A DNA stretch of 64,000 nucleotides, taken from the human T2T-CHM13v2.0 reference genome, Homo sapiens. This document shows, one piece after another, positions 30,468-46,079 of this stretch (positions are counted from its first letter, which is position 1; every line of letters starts with the position of its first letter). Where the stretch lies: NCBI GenBank assembly GCA_009914755.4, contig CP068257.2:1280001-1344000 (forward strand), written 5' to 3'. The notes below the pieces were generated by a model that had not been told where the DNA came from, ran no database searches, and saw only the letters and a list, made by a program, of their open reading frames with translations. The translations under genes and the position numbers were made by a program.

Positions 30468-33400
30468 ATGAAATTACATCAAATATATATTAGGTACATA
30501 AAATATGAAAGTACATCAAATATAGATTATATACTGTACATAAAATATCAAAGTACCCCAAATATATATTTTATACTCTACATGAAATATCAAAGTTCAC
30601 AAACCATATATTATATACTGTACATAAAATATCAAAGTACCCAAGGTATATATTCTATACAGTACAAAAAATATCAAAGTACCCAAAGCATGTATTATAT
30701 ACTGTACATAAAATATGAAACTTCATCAAATATATATTTTATTCTGGACAAAAAATATCAAAGTACACCAGACATATTTTCTATAGTGTACATAAAATAT
30801 CAAAGTACCCAAAGCATGTATTATATACTGTACATAAAATATGAAATTACATCAAATATATATTTTATTCTGTACATAAAATATCAAAGTACACCAGATA
30901 TATATTCTATAGTGTACATAAAATATCAAAAGTACCCAAACTATACATTATATACTGTACATAAAATATGAAATTACATCAAATATATATTATATTAGGT
31001 ACATAAAATATGAAAGTACATCAAATATAGATTATATACTGTACATTAAATACCAAAGTACCCCAAATATATATTTTATACTGTACATGTAATATCAAAG
31101 TTCACACACTATATATTATATACTGTACATAAAATATCAAAGTACCAAAGGTATATATTCTATACTGTACAAAAAACATCAAAGTACCCAAAGCATGTAT
31201 TATATACTGTACATAAAATATGAAAGTACGTCAAATATATATTGTATTCTGTACGTAAAATATCAAAGTACACCAGATATATATTCTATAGTGTATATAA
31301 AATATCAAAGTACCCAAACTATATATTATATACTGTACATAAAATATGAAATTACATCAAATATATATTATATTAGGTACATAAAATATGAAAGTACATC
31401 AAATATAGATTATATACTGTACATAAAATATCAAAGTACCCCAAAGATATATTATATACTCTACATGAAATATCAAAGTTCACAAACTATATATTATATA
31501 CTGTACATAAAATATCAAAGTACCCAAGGTATATATTCTATACTGTACAAAAAATATCAAAGTACCCAAAGCATGTTTTATATACTGTATATAAAATATG
31601 AAAGTACATCAAATATATATTTTATTCTGTACATAAAATATCAAAGTACACCAGATATATATTCTATAGTGTACATAAAATAACAAAGTACACAAACTAT
31701 AAATTATATACTGTACGTAAAATATGAAATTACATCAAATATATATTAGGTACATAAAATATGAAAGTACATCAAAAATAGATTATATACTGTACATATA
31801 ATATCAATGTACCCCAAATATATATTTTATACTCTACATGAAATATCAAAGTTCAGAAACCATATATTATACACTGTACATAAAATATCAAAGTACCCAA
31901 GGTATATATTCTATACTGTACAAAAAATATCAAAGTACCCAAAGCATGTATTATATACTGTACATAAAATATGAAAGCACATCAAATATATATTTTATTC
32001 TGTACATAAAACATCAAAGTACACCAGATATATATTCTATACTGTACAAAAAATATCAAAGTACCCAAAGCATGTATTATATACTGTACATAAAATATGA
32101 AATTACATCAAATATATATTATATTAGGTACATAAAATATGAAAGCACATCAAATATAGATTATATACTGTACATTAAATACCAAAGTAACACAAATATA
32201 TATTTTATACTGTACATCAAATATCAAAGTTCACAAACTATATATTATATACTGTACATAAAATATCAAAGTACCCAAGGTATATATTCTATACTGTACA
32301 AAAAATATCAAAGTACCCAAAGCATGTATTATATACAGTACATAAAATATGAAAGTACATCAAATATATATTTTATTCTGTACATAAAATATCAAAGTAC
32401 ACCAGATATATATTCTATAGTGTACATAAAATATCAAAGTACCCAAACTATACATTATATACTGTACATAAAATATGAGATTACATCAAATATATATAAT
32501 ATTAGCTACATAAAATATGAAAGTACATCAGATATAGATTATATACTGTACATAAAATATCAAAGTACCCCAAATATATATTATATTCTCTACATGAAAT
32601 ATCAAAATTCACAAACTATATATTATATACTGTACATAAAATATCAAAGTACCCATGGTATATATTCTATACTGTACAAAAAATATCAAAGTACCCAAAG
32701 CATGTATTATATACTGTATACAAAATATGAAAATACATTAAATATATATTTTATTCTGTACATAAAATATCAAAGTACACCAGATATGTATTCTATAGTG
32801 TACATAAAATAACAAAGTACACAAACTATAAATTATATACTGTACGTAAAATATGAAATTACATCAAATATATATTAGGTACATAAAATATGAAAGTACA
32901 TCAAATATAGATTATATACTGTACATATAATATCAATGTACCCCAAATATATATTTTATACTCTACATGAAATATCAAAGTTCACAAACCATACATTATA
33001 TACTGTACATAAAATATCAAAGTACCCAAGGTATATATTCTATACTGTACGAAAAATATAAAAGTACCCAAAGCATGTATTATATACTGTACCTAAAATA
33101 TGAAAGTACATCAAATATATATTTTATCCTGTACAAAAAATATCAAAGTACCCAAAGCACGTATTATATACTGTACATAAAATATGAGATTACATCAAAT
33201 ATATATTAGGTACATAAAATATGAAAGTACATCAGATATAGATTATATACTGTACATAAAATATCAAAGTACCCCAAATATATATTATATACTCTACATG
33301 AAATATCAAAGTTCACAAACTATATATTATATAATGTACATAAAATATAAAAGTACCCAAGGTATATATTCTATACTGTACAAAAAATATCAAAGTACCC

Positions 33401-35430
33401 AAAGCATGCATTATATACTGTATATAAAATATGAAAATACATTAAATATATATTTTATTCTGTACATAAAATATCAAAGTACACCAGATATATATTCTAT
33501 AGTGTACATAAAATAACAAAGTACACAAACTATAAATTATATACTGTATGTAAAATATGAAATTACATCAAATATATATTAGGTACATAAAATATGAAAG
33601 TACATCAAATATAGATTATATACTGTACATATAATATCAATGTACCCCAAATATATATTTTATACTCTACATGAAATATCAAAGTTCAGAAACCATATAT
33701 TATATACTGTACATAAAATATCAAAGTACCCAAGGTATATATTCTATACTGTACAAAAAATATCAAAGTACCCAAAGCATGTATTATATACTGTACATAA
33801 AATATGAAAGCACATCAAATATATATTTTATTCTGTACATAAAACATCAAAGTACACCAGATATATATTCTATACTGTACAAAAAATATCAAAGTACCCA
33901 AACATGTATTATATACTGTACATAAAATATGAAACTACATCAAATATATATTATATTAGGTACATAAAATATGAAAGCACATCAAATATAGATTATATAC
34001 TGTACATTAAATACCAAAGTAACACAAATATATATTTTATACTGTACATCAAATATCAAAGTTCACAAACTATATATTATATACTGTACATAAAATATCA
34101 AAGTACCCAAGGTATATATTCTATACTGTACAAAAAATATCAAAGTACCCAAAGCATGTATTATATACTGTACATAAAATATGAAAGTACATCAAATATA
34201 TATTTTATTCTGTACATAAAATATCAAAGTACACCAGATATATATTCTATAGTGAACATAAAATAACAAAGTACACAAACGATAAATTATATACTGTACA
34301 TAAAATATGACATTACATCAAATATATATTAGGTACATAAAATATGAAAGTACATCAAATATAGATTATATAATGTACATAAAATATCAATGTACCCCAA
34401 ATATATATTTTATACTCTACATGAAATATCAAAGTTCACAAACTATATATTATATACTGTACATAAAATATCAAAGTACCCAAGGTATATATTCTATACT
34501 GTACAAAAGATATCAAAGTACCCAAAGCATGTATTAGATACTGTACATAAAATATGAAAGTACATCAAATATATATTTTATTCTGTACATAAAATATCAA
34601 AGTACACCAGATATATATTCTACAGTGTACATAAAATATCAAACTACCCAAACTATTTATTATATACTGTACATAAAATATGAAATTACATCAAATATAT
34701 ATTACATTAGTTACATAAAATATGAAAGTACATCAAATATACCTTATATACTGTACATTAAATATCAAAGTACCCCAAATATATATTTTATACTGTACAT
34801 GAAATATCAAAGTTCACAAACTATATGTTATATACTGTACATAAAATATCAAAGTACCCAAGGTATATATTCTATACTGTACAAAAAATATCTAAGTACC
34901 AAAAGCATGTATTATATACTGTACCTAAAATATGACAGTACATCAAATATATATTTTACTCTGTACATAAAATATCAAAGTACTCCAGATATATATTCTA
35001 TAGTGTACATAAAATATCAAAGTACCCAAACTATACATTATATACTGTACATAAAATATGAAATTACATCAAATATATATTAGGTACATAGAATATGAAA
35101 GTACATCAAATATAGATTATATACTGTACATAAAATATCAATGTACCCCAAATATATATTTTATACTCTACATGAAATATCAAAGTTCACAAACCATATA
35201 TTGTATACTGTACATAAAATATCAAAGTACCCAAGGTATGTATTCTATACTGTACAAAAAATATCAAAGTACCCAAAGCATGTATTATATACTGTACATA
35301 AAATATGAAAGTACATCAAATATATATTTTATTCTGTACATAAAATATCAAGGTACACCAGATATATATTCTATAGTGTACATAAAATAGCAAAGTACAC
35401 AAACTATAAATTTTATACTGTACATAAAAT
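30468..35430. repeat. ~5.0-kb super-repeat, copy d (4,963 bp). Its distal half resembles the distal half of copy b.
   Basis: 34307/34625/35058 correspond to 24342/24715/25088, including the rare STKSMYYILYLKYDSTSNIYFT block. 30468 corresponds to 25461. Confidence 0.55.
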
Positions 35431-37085
35431 ATGAAATTACATCAAATATATATTAGGTACATAAAATATGAAAGTACATCAAATATAGATTATATACTGT
35501 ACATAAAATATCAATGTACCCCAAATATATGTTTTATACTCTACATGAAATATCAAAGTTCACAAACCATATATTATATACTGTACATAAAATATCAAAG
35601 TACCCAAGGTATATATTCTATACTGTACAAAAAATATCAAAGTACCCAAAGCATGTATTATATACTGTACATAAAATATGAAACTTCATCAAATATATAT
35701 TTTATTCTGTACAAAAAATATCAAAGTACACCAGACATATTTTCTATAGTGTACATAAAATATCAAAGTACGCAAAGCATGTATTATATACTGTACATAA
35801 AATATGAAAGTACATCAAATATATATTTTATTCTGTACATAAAATATAAAAGTACACCAGATATATATTCTATAGTGTACATAAAATATCAAAAGTACCC
35901 AAACTATACATTATATACTGTACATAAAATATGAAATTACATCAAATATATATTATATTAGGTACATAAAATATGAAAGTACATCAAATATAGATTATAT
36001 ACTGTACATTAAATACCAAAGTACCCCAAATATATATTTTATACTGTACATGAAATATCAAAGTTCACACACTATATATTATATACTGTACATAAAATAT
36101 CAAAGTACCCAAGCTATATATTCTATACTGTACAAAAAATATCAAAGTACCCAAAGCATGTATTATATACTGTACATAAAATATGAAAGTACATCAAATA
36201 TATATTATACTCTGTACATAAAATATCAAAGTACACCAGATATATATTCTATAGTGTACATAAAATATCAAAGTACCCAAACTATACATTATATACTGTA
36301 CATAAAATATGAGATTACATCAAATATATATTATATTAGCTACATAAAATATGAAAGTACATCAGATATAGATTATATACTGTACATAAAATATCAAAGT
36401 ACCCCAAATATATATTATATACTCTACATTAAATATCAAAGTTCACAAACTACATATTATATACTGTACATAAAATATCAAAGTACCCAAGGTATATATT
36501 CTATACTGTACAAAAAATATCAAAGTACCCAAAGCATGTATTATATACTGTATACAAAATATGAAAATACATTAAATATATATTTTATTCTGTACATAAA
36601 ATATCAAAGTACACCAGATATGTATTCTATAGTGTACATAAAATAACAAAGTACACAAACTATAAATTATATACTGTACATAAAATATGAAATTACATCA
36701 AATATATATTAGGTACATAAAATATGAAAGTACATCAAATATAGATTATATACTGTACATATAATATCAAAGTACCCCAAATATATATTTTATACTCTAC
36801 ATGAAATATCAAAGTTCACAAACCATACATTATATACTGTACAAAAAATATCAAAGTACCCAAGTTATATATTCTATACTGTACCAAAAATATCAAAGTA
36901 CCCAAAGCATGTATTACATACTGTACATAAAATATGAAAGTACATCAAATATATATTTTATTCTGTACATAAAATATCAAAGTACACCAGATATATATTC
37001 TATAGTGTACATAAAATATCAAAGTACCCAAACTATACATTATATACTGTACATAAAATATGAAATTACATCTAATATATATTAG
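34307..37085. repeat. 9,970-bp-offset duplicated block, second copy
   Basis: See the paired feature 24342-27100. Confidence 0.6.
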
Positions 37086-37650
37086 GTACATAAAATATGA
37101 AAGTATATCAAATATAGATTATATACTGTACATATAATATCAATGAACCCCAAATATATATTTTATACTCTACATGAAATATCAAAATTCACAGTCCATA
37201 TATTATATACTGTACATAAAATATCAAAGTACCCAAGGTATATATTCTATAGTGTACAAAAAATATCAAAGTACCCAAAGCATGTATTATATACTGTACA
37301 TAAAATATGAAAGTACATCAAATATATATTTTATTCTGTACATAAAATATCAAAGTACACCAGATATATATTCTATAGTGTACATAAAATATCAAAGTAC
37401 CCAAACTATACATTATATACTGTACATAAAATATGAAATTACATCAAATATATATTATATTAGGTACATAAAATATGAAAGCACATCAAATATAGATTAT
37501 ATACTGTACATTAAATACCAAAGTACCCCAAATATATATTTTATACTGTACATCAAATATCAAAGTTCACAAACTATATATTATATACTGTACAGAAAAT
37601 ATCAAAGTACCCAAGGTATATATTCTATACTATACAAAAAATATCAAAGT
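35431..37650. repeat. Partial fifth copy (e) of the ~5-kb super-repeat. Its proximal part matches copy c at a 9,970-bp offset.
   Basis: 35431/36050/36801 correspond to 25461/26080/26831 (198-aa ORFs at 26080 and 36050 differ at 1 residue). Confidence 0.55.
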
Positions 37651-37659
37651 ACCCAAAGC

Positions 37660-39100
37660 ATGTATTATATACTGTACCTAAAATATGAAAGTACATCAAA
37701 TATATATTTTATTCTGTACTTAAAATATCAAAGTACTCCAGATATATATCCTATTGTGTACATAAAATATCAAAGTACCCAAACTATACATTATATACTG
37801 TACATAAAATATGAAATTACATCAAATATATTTTATATTAGGTACATAAAATATGAAAGTACATCAAATATAGAAGATATACTGTACTTTAAATACCAAA
37901 GTACCCCAAATATATATTTTATACTATACATGAAATATCAAAGTTCACAAACTATATATTATATACTGTACATATAATATCAAAGTACCCAAGGTATATA
38001 TTCTATACTGTACAAAAAATAACAAAGTACCAAAAGCATGTATAATATACTGTACATAAAATATGAAAGTACATCAAATATATATTTTATTCTGTACATA
38101 AAATATCAAAGTACACCAGATATATATTCTATAGTGTACATAAAATATCAAAGTACACAAACTATACATTATATAGTGTAAATAAAATATGAAATTACAT
38201 CAAATATATTTTATATTAGGTACATAAAATATGAAAGTACATCAAATATAGATTATATACTGTACAGTAAATACCAAAGTACCCCAAATATATATTTTAT
38301 ACTGTACATGAAATATCAAAGTTCACAAACTATATATTATATACTGTACATAAATTATCAAAGTACCCAAGGTATATATTCTATACTGTACAAAAAATAT
38401 CAAAGTACCCAAAGCATGTATTATATACTGTACATAAAATATGATAGTACACCAATTATATATTTTATTCTGTACATAATATATCAAAGTACACCAGATA
38501 TATATTCTATAGTGTACATAAAATAACAAAGTACACAAACTATACATTATATACTGTACATAAAATATGAAATTACATCAAATATATATTAGGTACATAA
38601 AATATGAAAGTACATCAAATATAGATTATATACTGTACATAAAATATCAATGTACCCCAAATATATATTTTATACTATACATGAAATATCAAAGTTCACA
38701 AACCATATATTGTATACTGTACATAAAATATCAAAGTACCCAAGGTATATGTTCTATACTGTACAAAAAATATCAAAGTACCCAAAGCATGTATTATATA
38801 CTGTACATAAAATATGAAAGTACATCAAATATATATTTTATTCCGTACATAAAATATCAAAGTACACCAGATATATATTCTATAGTGTACATAAAATATC
38901 AAAGTACCCAAACTATACATTATATACTGTACATAAAATATGAAATTACATCAAATATATATTATATTAGGTACATAAAATATGAAAGTACATCAAATAT
39001 AGATTATATACTGTACATAAAATATCAAAGTACCCCAAATATATATTATATACTCTACATGAAATATCAAAGTTCACAAACTATATATTATATACTGTAC
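37660..39100. repeat. Domain-2 block duplicated at +6,392 (44052-45500) and +18,626 (56286-57192)
   Basis: The block SMYYILYLKYESTSNIYFILY..DIYPIVY..EITSNIFYIRY (37660-37977) matches 44052-44369 and 56286-56603. 38308/44700/56934 are 72-aa ORFs with YILYINYQ. 38567 and 44959 share GICSIL and IYFIPY variants over roughly 150 aa. Confidence 0.55.
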
Positions 39101-42100
39101 ATAAAATATCAAAGTACCCAAGGTATATATTCTATAATGTACAAAAAATATCAAAGTACCCAAAGCGTGTATTATATACTGTATATAAAATATGAAATTA
39201 CATCAAATATATATTTTATTCTGTACATAAAATATCAAAGTACACCAGATATATATTCTATAGTGTACATAAAATATCAAAGTACCCAAACTATACATTA
39301 TATACTGTACATAAAATATGAAATTACATCAAATATATATTATATTAGGTACATAAAATATGAAAGTACATCAAATATAGATTATATACTGTATATTAAA
39401 TACCAAAGTACCCCAAATATATATTTTATACTGTACATGAAATATCAAAGTTCACAAACTATATATTACATACTGTACATAAAATATCAAAGTACCCAAG
39501 GTATATATTCTATACTATATAAAAAATATCAAAGTACCCAAAGCATGTATTATATACTGTACCTAAAATATGAAAGTACATCAAATATATATTTTATTCT
39601 GTACATAAAATATCAAAGTACACCAGATATATATTCTATAGTGTACATAAAATATCAAAGTACCCAAACTATACATTATATACTGTACATAAAATATGAA
39701 ATTACATCAAATATATATTATATTAGGTACATAAAATATGAAAGTACATCAAATATAGATTATATACTGTACATAAAATATCAAAGTACCCCAAATATAT
39801 ATTATATACTCTACATGAAATATCAAAGTTCACAAACTATATATTATATACTGTACATAAAATAAAGTCCCCAAGGTATATATTCTATACTGTAGAAAAA
39901 ATATCAAAGTACCCAAAGCATGTATTATATACTGTATATAAAATATGAAAGTACATCAAATATATATTTTATTCTGTACATAATATATCAAAGTACACCA
40001 GATGTATATTCTATAGTGTACATAAAATAACAAAGTACAAAAACTATAAATTATATACTGTACATAAAATATGAAATTACATCAAATATATATTATGTAC
40101 ATAAAATATGAAAGTACATCAAATATAGATTATATACTGTACATAAAATTCCAATGTACCCCAAATATATATTTTATACTCTACATGAAATATCAAAGTT
40201 CACAAACCATATATTATATACTGTACATAAAATATCAAAGTACCCAAGGTATATATTCTATACTGTACAAAAAATATCAAAGTACCCAAAGCATGTATTA
40301 TATACTGTACATAAAATATGAAAGTACATCAAATATATATTTTATTCTGTACATAAAATATCAAAGTACACCAGATATATATTCTATAGTGTACATAAAA
40401 TATCAAAGTAAACAAACTATACATTATATACTGTACATAAAATATGAAATTACATCAAATATATATTATATTAGGTACATAAAATATGAAAGTACATCAA
40501 ATATAGATTATATACTGTACATTAAATACCAAAGTACCCCAAATATATATTATATTCTCTACATGATATATCAAAGTTCACAAACTATATATTATATACT
40601 GTACATAAAATATCAAAGTACCCAAGGTATATATTCTATACTGTACAAAAAATATCAAAGTACCCAAAGCATGTATTATATACTGTACATAAAATATGAA
40701 AGTACATCAAATATATATTTTATTCTGTACATAAAATATCAAAGTACACCAGATATATATTCTATAGTGTACATAAAATAACAAAGTACAAAAACTATAA
40801 ATTATATACTGTACATAAAATATGAAATTACATCAAATATATATTAGGTACATAAAATATGAAAGTACATCAAATATAGATTATATACTGTACATAAAAT
40901 ATCAATGTACCCCAAATATATATTTTATACTCGACATGAAATACCAAAGTTCACAAACCATATATTATATACTGTACATAAAATATCAAAGTACCCAAGG
41001 TATATATTCTATACTGTGCAAAAAATATCAAAGTACCCAAAGCATGTATTATATACTGTACATAAAATATGAAAGTACATCAGATATATATTTTATTCTG
41101 TACATAAAATATCAAAGTACACCAGATATATATTCTATAGTGTACATAAAATATCAAAGTACCCAAACTATACATTATATACTGTACATAAAATATGAAA
41201 TTACATCAAATATATATTATATTAGGTACATAAAATATGAAAGTACATCAAATATAGATTATATACTGTACATAAAATATCAAAGTACCCCAAATATATA
41301 TTATATACTCTACATGAAATATCAAAGTTCACAAGCTATATATTATATACTGTACATAAAATATCAAAGTACCCAAGGTATATATTCTATAATGTACAAA
41401 AAATATCAAAGTACCCAAAGCGTGTATTATATACTGTATATAAAATATAAAATTACATCAAATATATATTTTATTCTGTACATAAAATATCAAAGTACAC
41501 CAGATATATATTCTATAGTGTACATAAAATATCAAAGTACCCAAACTATACATTATATACTGTACATAAAATATGAAATTACATCAAATATATATTATAT
41601 TAGGTACATAAAATATGAAAGTACATCAAATATAGATTATATACTGTACATTAAATACCAAAGTACCCCAAATATATATTTTATACTGTAAATGAAATAT
41701 CAAAGTTCGCAAACTATATATTATATACTGTACATAAAATAAAGTCCCCAAGGTATATATTCTATACTATAGAATAAATATCAAAGTACCCAAAGCATGT
41801 ATTATATACTGTACATAAAATATGATAGTACACCAAATATATATTTTATTCTGTACATAATATATCAAAGTACACCAGATATATATTCTATAGTGTACAT
41901 AAAATAACAAAGTACACAAACTATACATTATATACTGTACATAAAATATGAAATTACATCAAATATATATTAGGTACATAAAATATGAAAGTACATCAAA
42001 TATAGTTTATATACTGTACATAAAATATCAATGTACCCCAAATACATATTTTATACTATACATGAAATATCAAAGTTCACAAACCATATATTGTATACTG

Positions 42101-44051
42101 TACATAAAATATCAAAGTACCCAAGGTATATGTTCTATACTGTACAAAAAATATCAAAGTACCCAAAGCATGTATTATATACTGTACATAAAATATGAAA
42201 GTACATCAAATATATATTTTATTCTGTACATAAAATATCAAAGTACACCAGATATATATTCTATAGTGTACATAAAATATCAAAGTACACAAACTATACA
42301 TTATATACTGTACATAAAATATGAAATTACATCAAATATATATTATATAAGGTACATAAAATATGAAAGTACATCAAATATAGATTATATACTGTACATT
42401 AAATACCAAAGAACCCCAAATATATATTATATACTCTACATGAAATATCAAAGTTCACAAACTATATATTATATACTGTACATAAAATATCAAAGTACCC
42501 AAGGTATATATTCTATACTGTACAAAAAATATCAAAGTACCCAAAGCATGTATTATATACTGTACATAAAATATGAAAGTACATCAAATATATATTTTAT
42601 TCTGTACATAAAATATCAAAGTACACCAGATATATATTCTATAGAGTACATAAAATATCAAAGTACCCAAACTATACATTATATAATGTACATAAAATAT
42701 GAAATTACATCAAATATATATTATATTAGGTACATAAAATATGAAAGTACATCAAATATAGATTATATACTGTACATAAAATATCAAAGTACCCCAAATA
42801 TATATTATATACTCTACATGAAATATCAAAGTTCACAAACTATATATTATATACTGTACATAAAATATCAAAGTACCCAAGGTATATATTCTATAATGTA
42901 CAAAAAATATCAAAGTACCCAAAGCGTGTATTATATACTGTATATAAAATATGAAATTACATCAAATATATATTTTATTCTGTACATAAAATATCAAAGT
43001 ACACCAGATATATATTCTATAGTGTACATAAAATATCAAAATACCCAAACTATACATTATATACTGTACATAAAATATGAAATTACATCAAATATATATT
43101 ATATTAGGTACATAAAATATGAAAGTACATCAAATATAGATTATATACTGTACATTAAATACCAAAGTACCCCAAATATATATTTTATACTGTAAATGAA
43201 ATATCAAAGTTCACAAACTATATATTATATACTGTACATAAAATATCAAAGTACCCAAGGTATATATTCTATACTGTACAAAAAATATCAAAGTACCCAA
43301 AGCATGTATTATATACTGTACCTAAAATATGAAAGTACATCAAATATATATTTTATTCTGTACATAAAATATCAAAGTACACCAGATATATATTCTATAG
43401 TGTACATAAAATATCAAAGTACCCAAACTATACATTATATACTGTACATAAAATATGAAATTACATCAAATATATATTATATTAGGTACATAAAATATGA
43501 AAGTACATCAAATATAGATTATACACTGTACATAAAATATCAAAGTACCCCAAATATATATTATATACTCTACATGAAATATCAAAGTTCACAAACTATA
43601 TATTATATACTGTACATAAAATAAAGTCCCCAAGGTATATATTCTATACTGTAGAAAAAATATCAAAGTACCCAAATCAAGTATTATATACTGTATATAA
43701 AATATGAAAGTACATCAAATATATATTTTATTCTGTACATAATTTATCAAAGTACACCAGATATATATTCTATAGTGTACATAAAATAACAAAGTACAAA
43801 AACTATAAATTATATACTGTACATAAAATATGAAATTACATCAAATATATATTAGGTACATAAAATATGAAAGTACATCAAATATAGATTATATACTGTA
43901 CATAAAATTTCAATGTACCCCAAATATATATTTTATACTCTACATGAAATATCAAAGTTCACAAACCATATATTATATACTGTACATAAAATAACAAAGT
44001 ACCCAAGGTATATATTCTATACTATACAAAAAATATCAAAGTACCCAAAGC

Positions 44052-45500
44052 ATGTATTATATACTGTACCTAAAATATGAAAGTACATCAAATATATATT
44101 TTATTCTGTACATAAAATATCAAAGTACTCCAGATATATATCCTATAGTGTACATAAAATATCAAAGTACCCAAACTATACATTATATACTGTACATAAA
44201 ATATGAAATTACATCAAATATATTTTATATTAGGTACATAAAATATGAAAGTACATCAAATATAGTTTATATACTGTACATTAAATACCAAAGTACCCCA
44301 AATATATATTTTATACTATACATGAAATATCAAAGTTCACAAACTATATATTATATACTGTACATATAATATCAAAGTACCCAAGGTATATATTCTATAC
44401 TGTACAAAAAATAACAAGGTACCAAAAGCATGTATAATATACTGTACATAAAATATGAAAGTACATCAAATATATATTTTATTCTGTACATAAAATATCA
44501 AAGTACACCAGATATATATTCTATAGTGTACATAAAATATCAAAGTACCCAAACTATACATTATATACTGTAAATAAAATATGAAATTACATCAAATATA
44601 TTTTATATTAGGTACATAAAATATGAAAGTACATCAAATATAGATTATATACTGTACATTAAATACCAAAGTACCCCAAATATATATTTTATACTGTACA
44701 TGAAATATCAAAGTTCACAAACTATATATTATATACTGTACATAAATTATCAAAGTACCCAAGGTATATATTCTATACTGTACAAAAAATATCAAAGTAC
44801 CCAAAGCATGTATTATATACTGTACATAAAATATGATAGTACACCAAATATATATTTTATTCTGTACATAATATATCAAAGTACACCAGATATATATTCT
44901 ATAGTGTACATAAAATAACAAAGTACACAAACTATACATTATATACTGTACATAAAATATGAAATTACATCAAATGTATATTAGGTACATAAAATATGAA
45001 AGTACATCAAATATAGATTATATACTGTACATAAAATATCAATGTACCCCAAATATATATTTTATACTATACATGAAATATCAAAGTTCACAAACCATAT
45101 ATTGTGTACTGTACATAAAATATCAAAGTACCCAAGGTATATGTTCTATACTGTACAAAAAATATCAAAGTACCCAAAGCATGTATTATATACTGTACAT
45201 AAAATATGAAAGTACATCAAATATATATTTTATTCCGTACATAAAATATCAAAGTACACCAGATATATATTCTATAGTGTACATAAAATATCAAAGTAAA
45301 CAAACTATACATTATATACTGTACATAAAATATGAAATTACATCAAATATATATTATATAAGGTACATAAAATATGAAAGTACATCAAATATAGATTATA
45401 TACTGTACATTAAATACCAAAGAACCCCAAATATATATTATATACTCTACATGAAATATCAAAGTTCACAAACTATATATTATATACTGTACATAAAATA
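44052..45500. repeat. Second copy of the 6,392-bp-offset domain-2 block
   Basis: See the feature 37660-39100. Confidence 0.55.
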
Positions 45501-46079
45501 TCAAAGTACCCAAGGTATATATTCTATACTGTACAAAAAATATCAAAGTACCCAAAGCATGTATTATATGCTGTATATAAAATATGAAAGTACATCAAAT
45601 ATATATTTTATTCTGTACATAAAATATCAAAGTACACCAGATATATATTCTATAGTGTACATAAAATAACAAAGTACACAAACTATAAATTATATACTGT
45701 ACATAAAATATGAAATTACATCAAATATATATTAGGTACATAAAATATGAAAGTACATCAAATATAGATTATATACTGTACATAAAATATCAATGTACCC
45801 CAAATATATATTTTATACTCTACATGAAATACCAAAGTTCACAAACCATAAATTATATACTGTACATAAAATAAAGTCCCCAGGGTATATATTCTATACT
45901 GTAGAAAAAATATCAAAGTACCCAAAGCATGTATTATATACTGTATATAAAATATGAAAGTACATCAAATATATATTTTATTCTGTACATAATATATCAA
46001 AGTACACCAGATATATATTCTATAGTGTACATAAAATAACAAAGTACAAAAACTATAAATTATATACTGTACATAAAAT

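Noticed and set aside
38323-38547. Minus-strand ORFs (62-74 aa) at 38323, 44715, 48467, 56949, 57735, 58860, 60703, 61076
   Set aside because: They occur only where the domain-2 variant cataaattatcaaag (or catataatatc) removes a minus-strand stop. The translation is a low-complexity LIFYVQYIIY repeat. Length equals the distance to the next unaltered monomer. Artefact.
38567-39865. Longest ORF in the track (432 aa, plus strand). More generally, about 150 plus-strand ORFs of 62-432 aa that look like a family of Tyr/Ile/Lys-rich 14-aa tandem-repeat proteins (reminiscent of AT-rich-genome low-complexity antigens).
   Set aside because: Every ORF is the same 42-bp satellite read in its stop-free frame. 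Boundaries coincide with variant monomers (H' TAA, 39-bp I monomer, 1-bp indels). There is no N-terminal signal, no non-repetitive domain and no purifying-selection pattern. The array is at least 64 kb with no flanking gene structure. Not supported as CDS.
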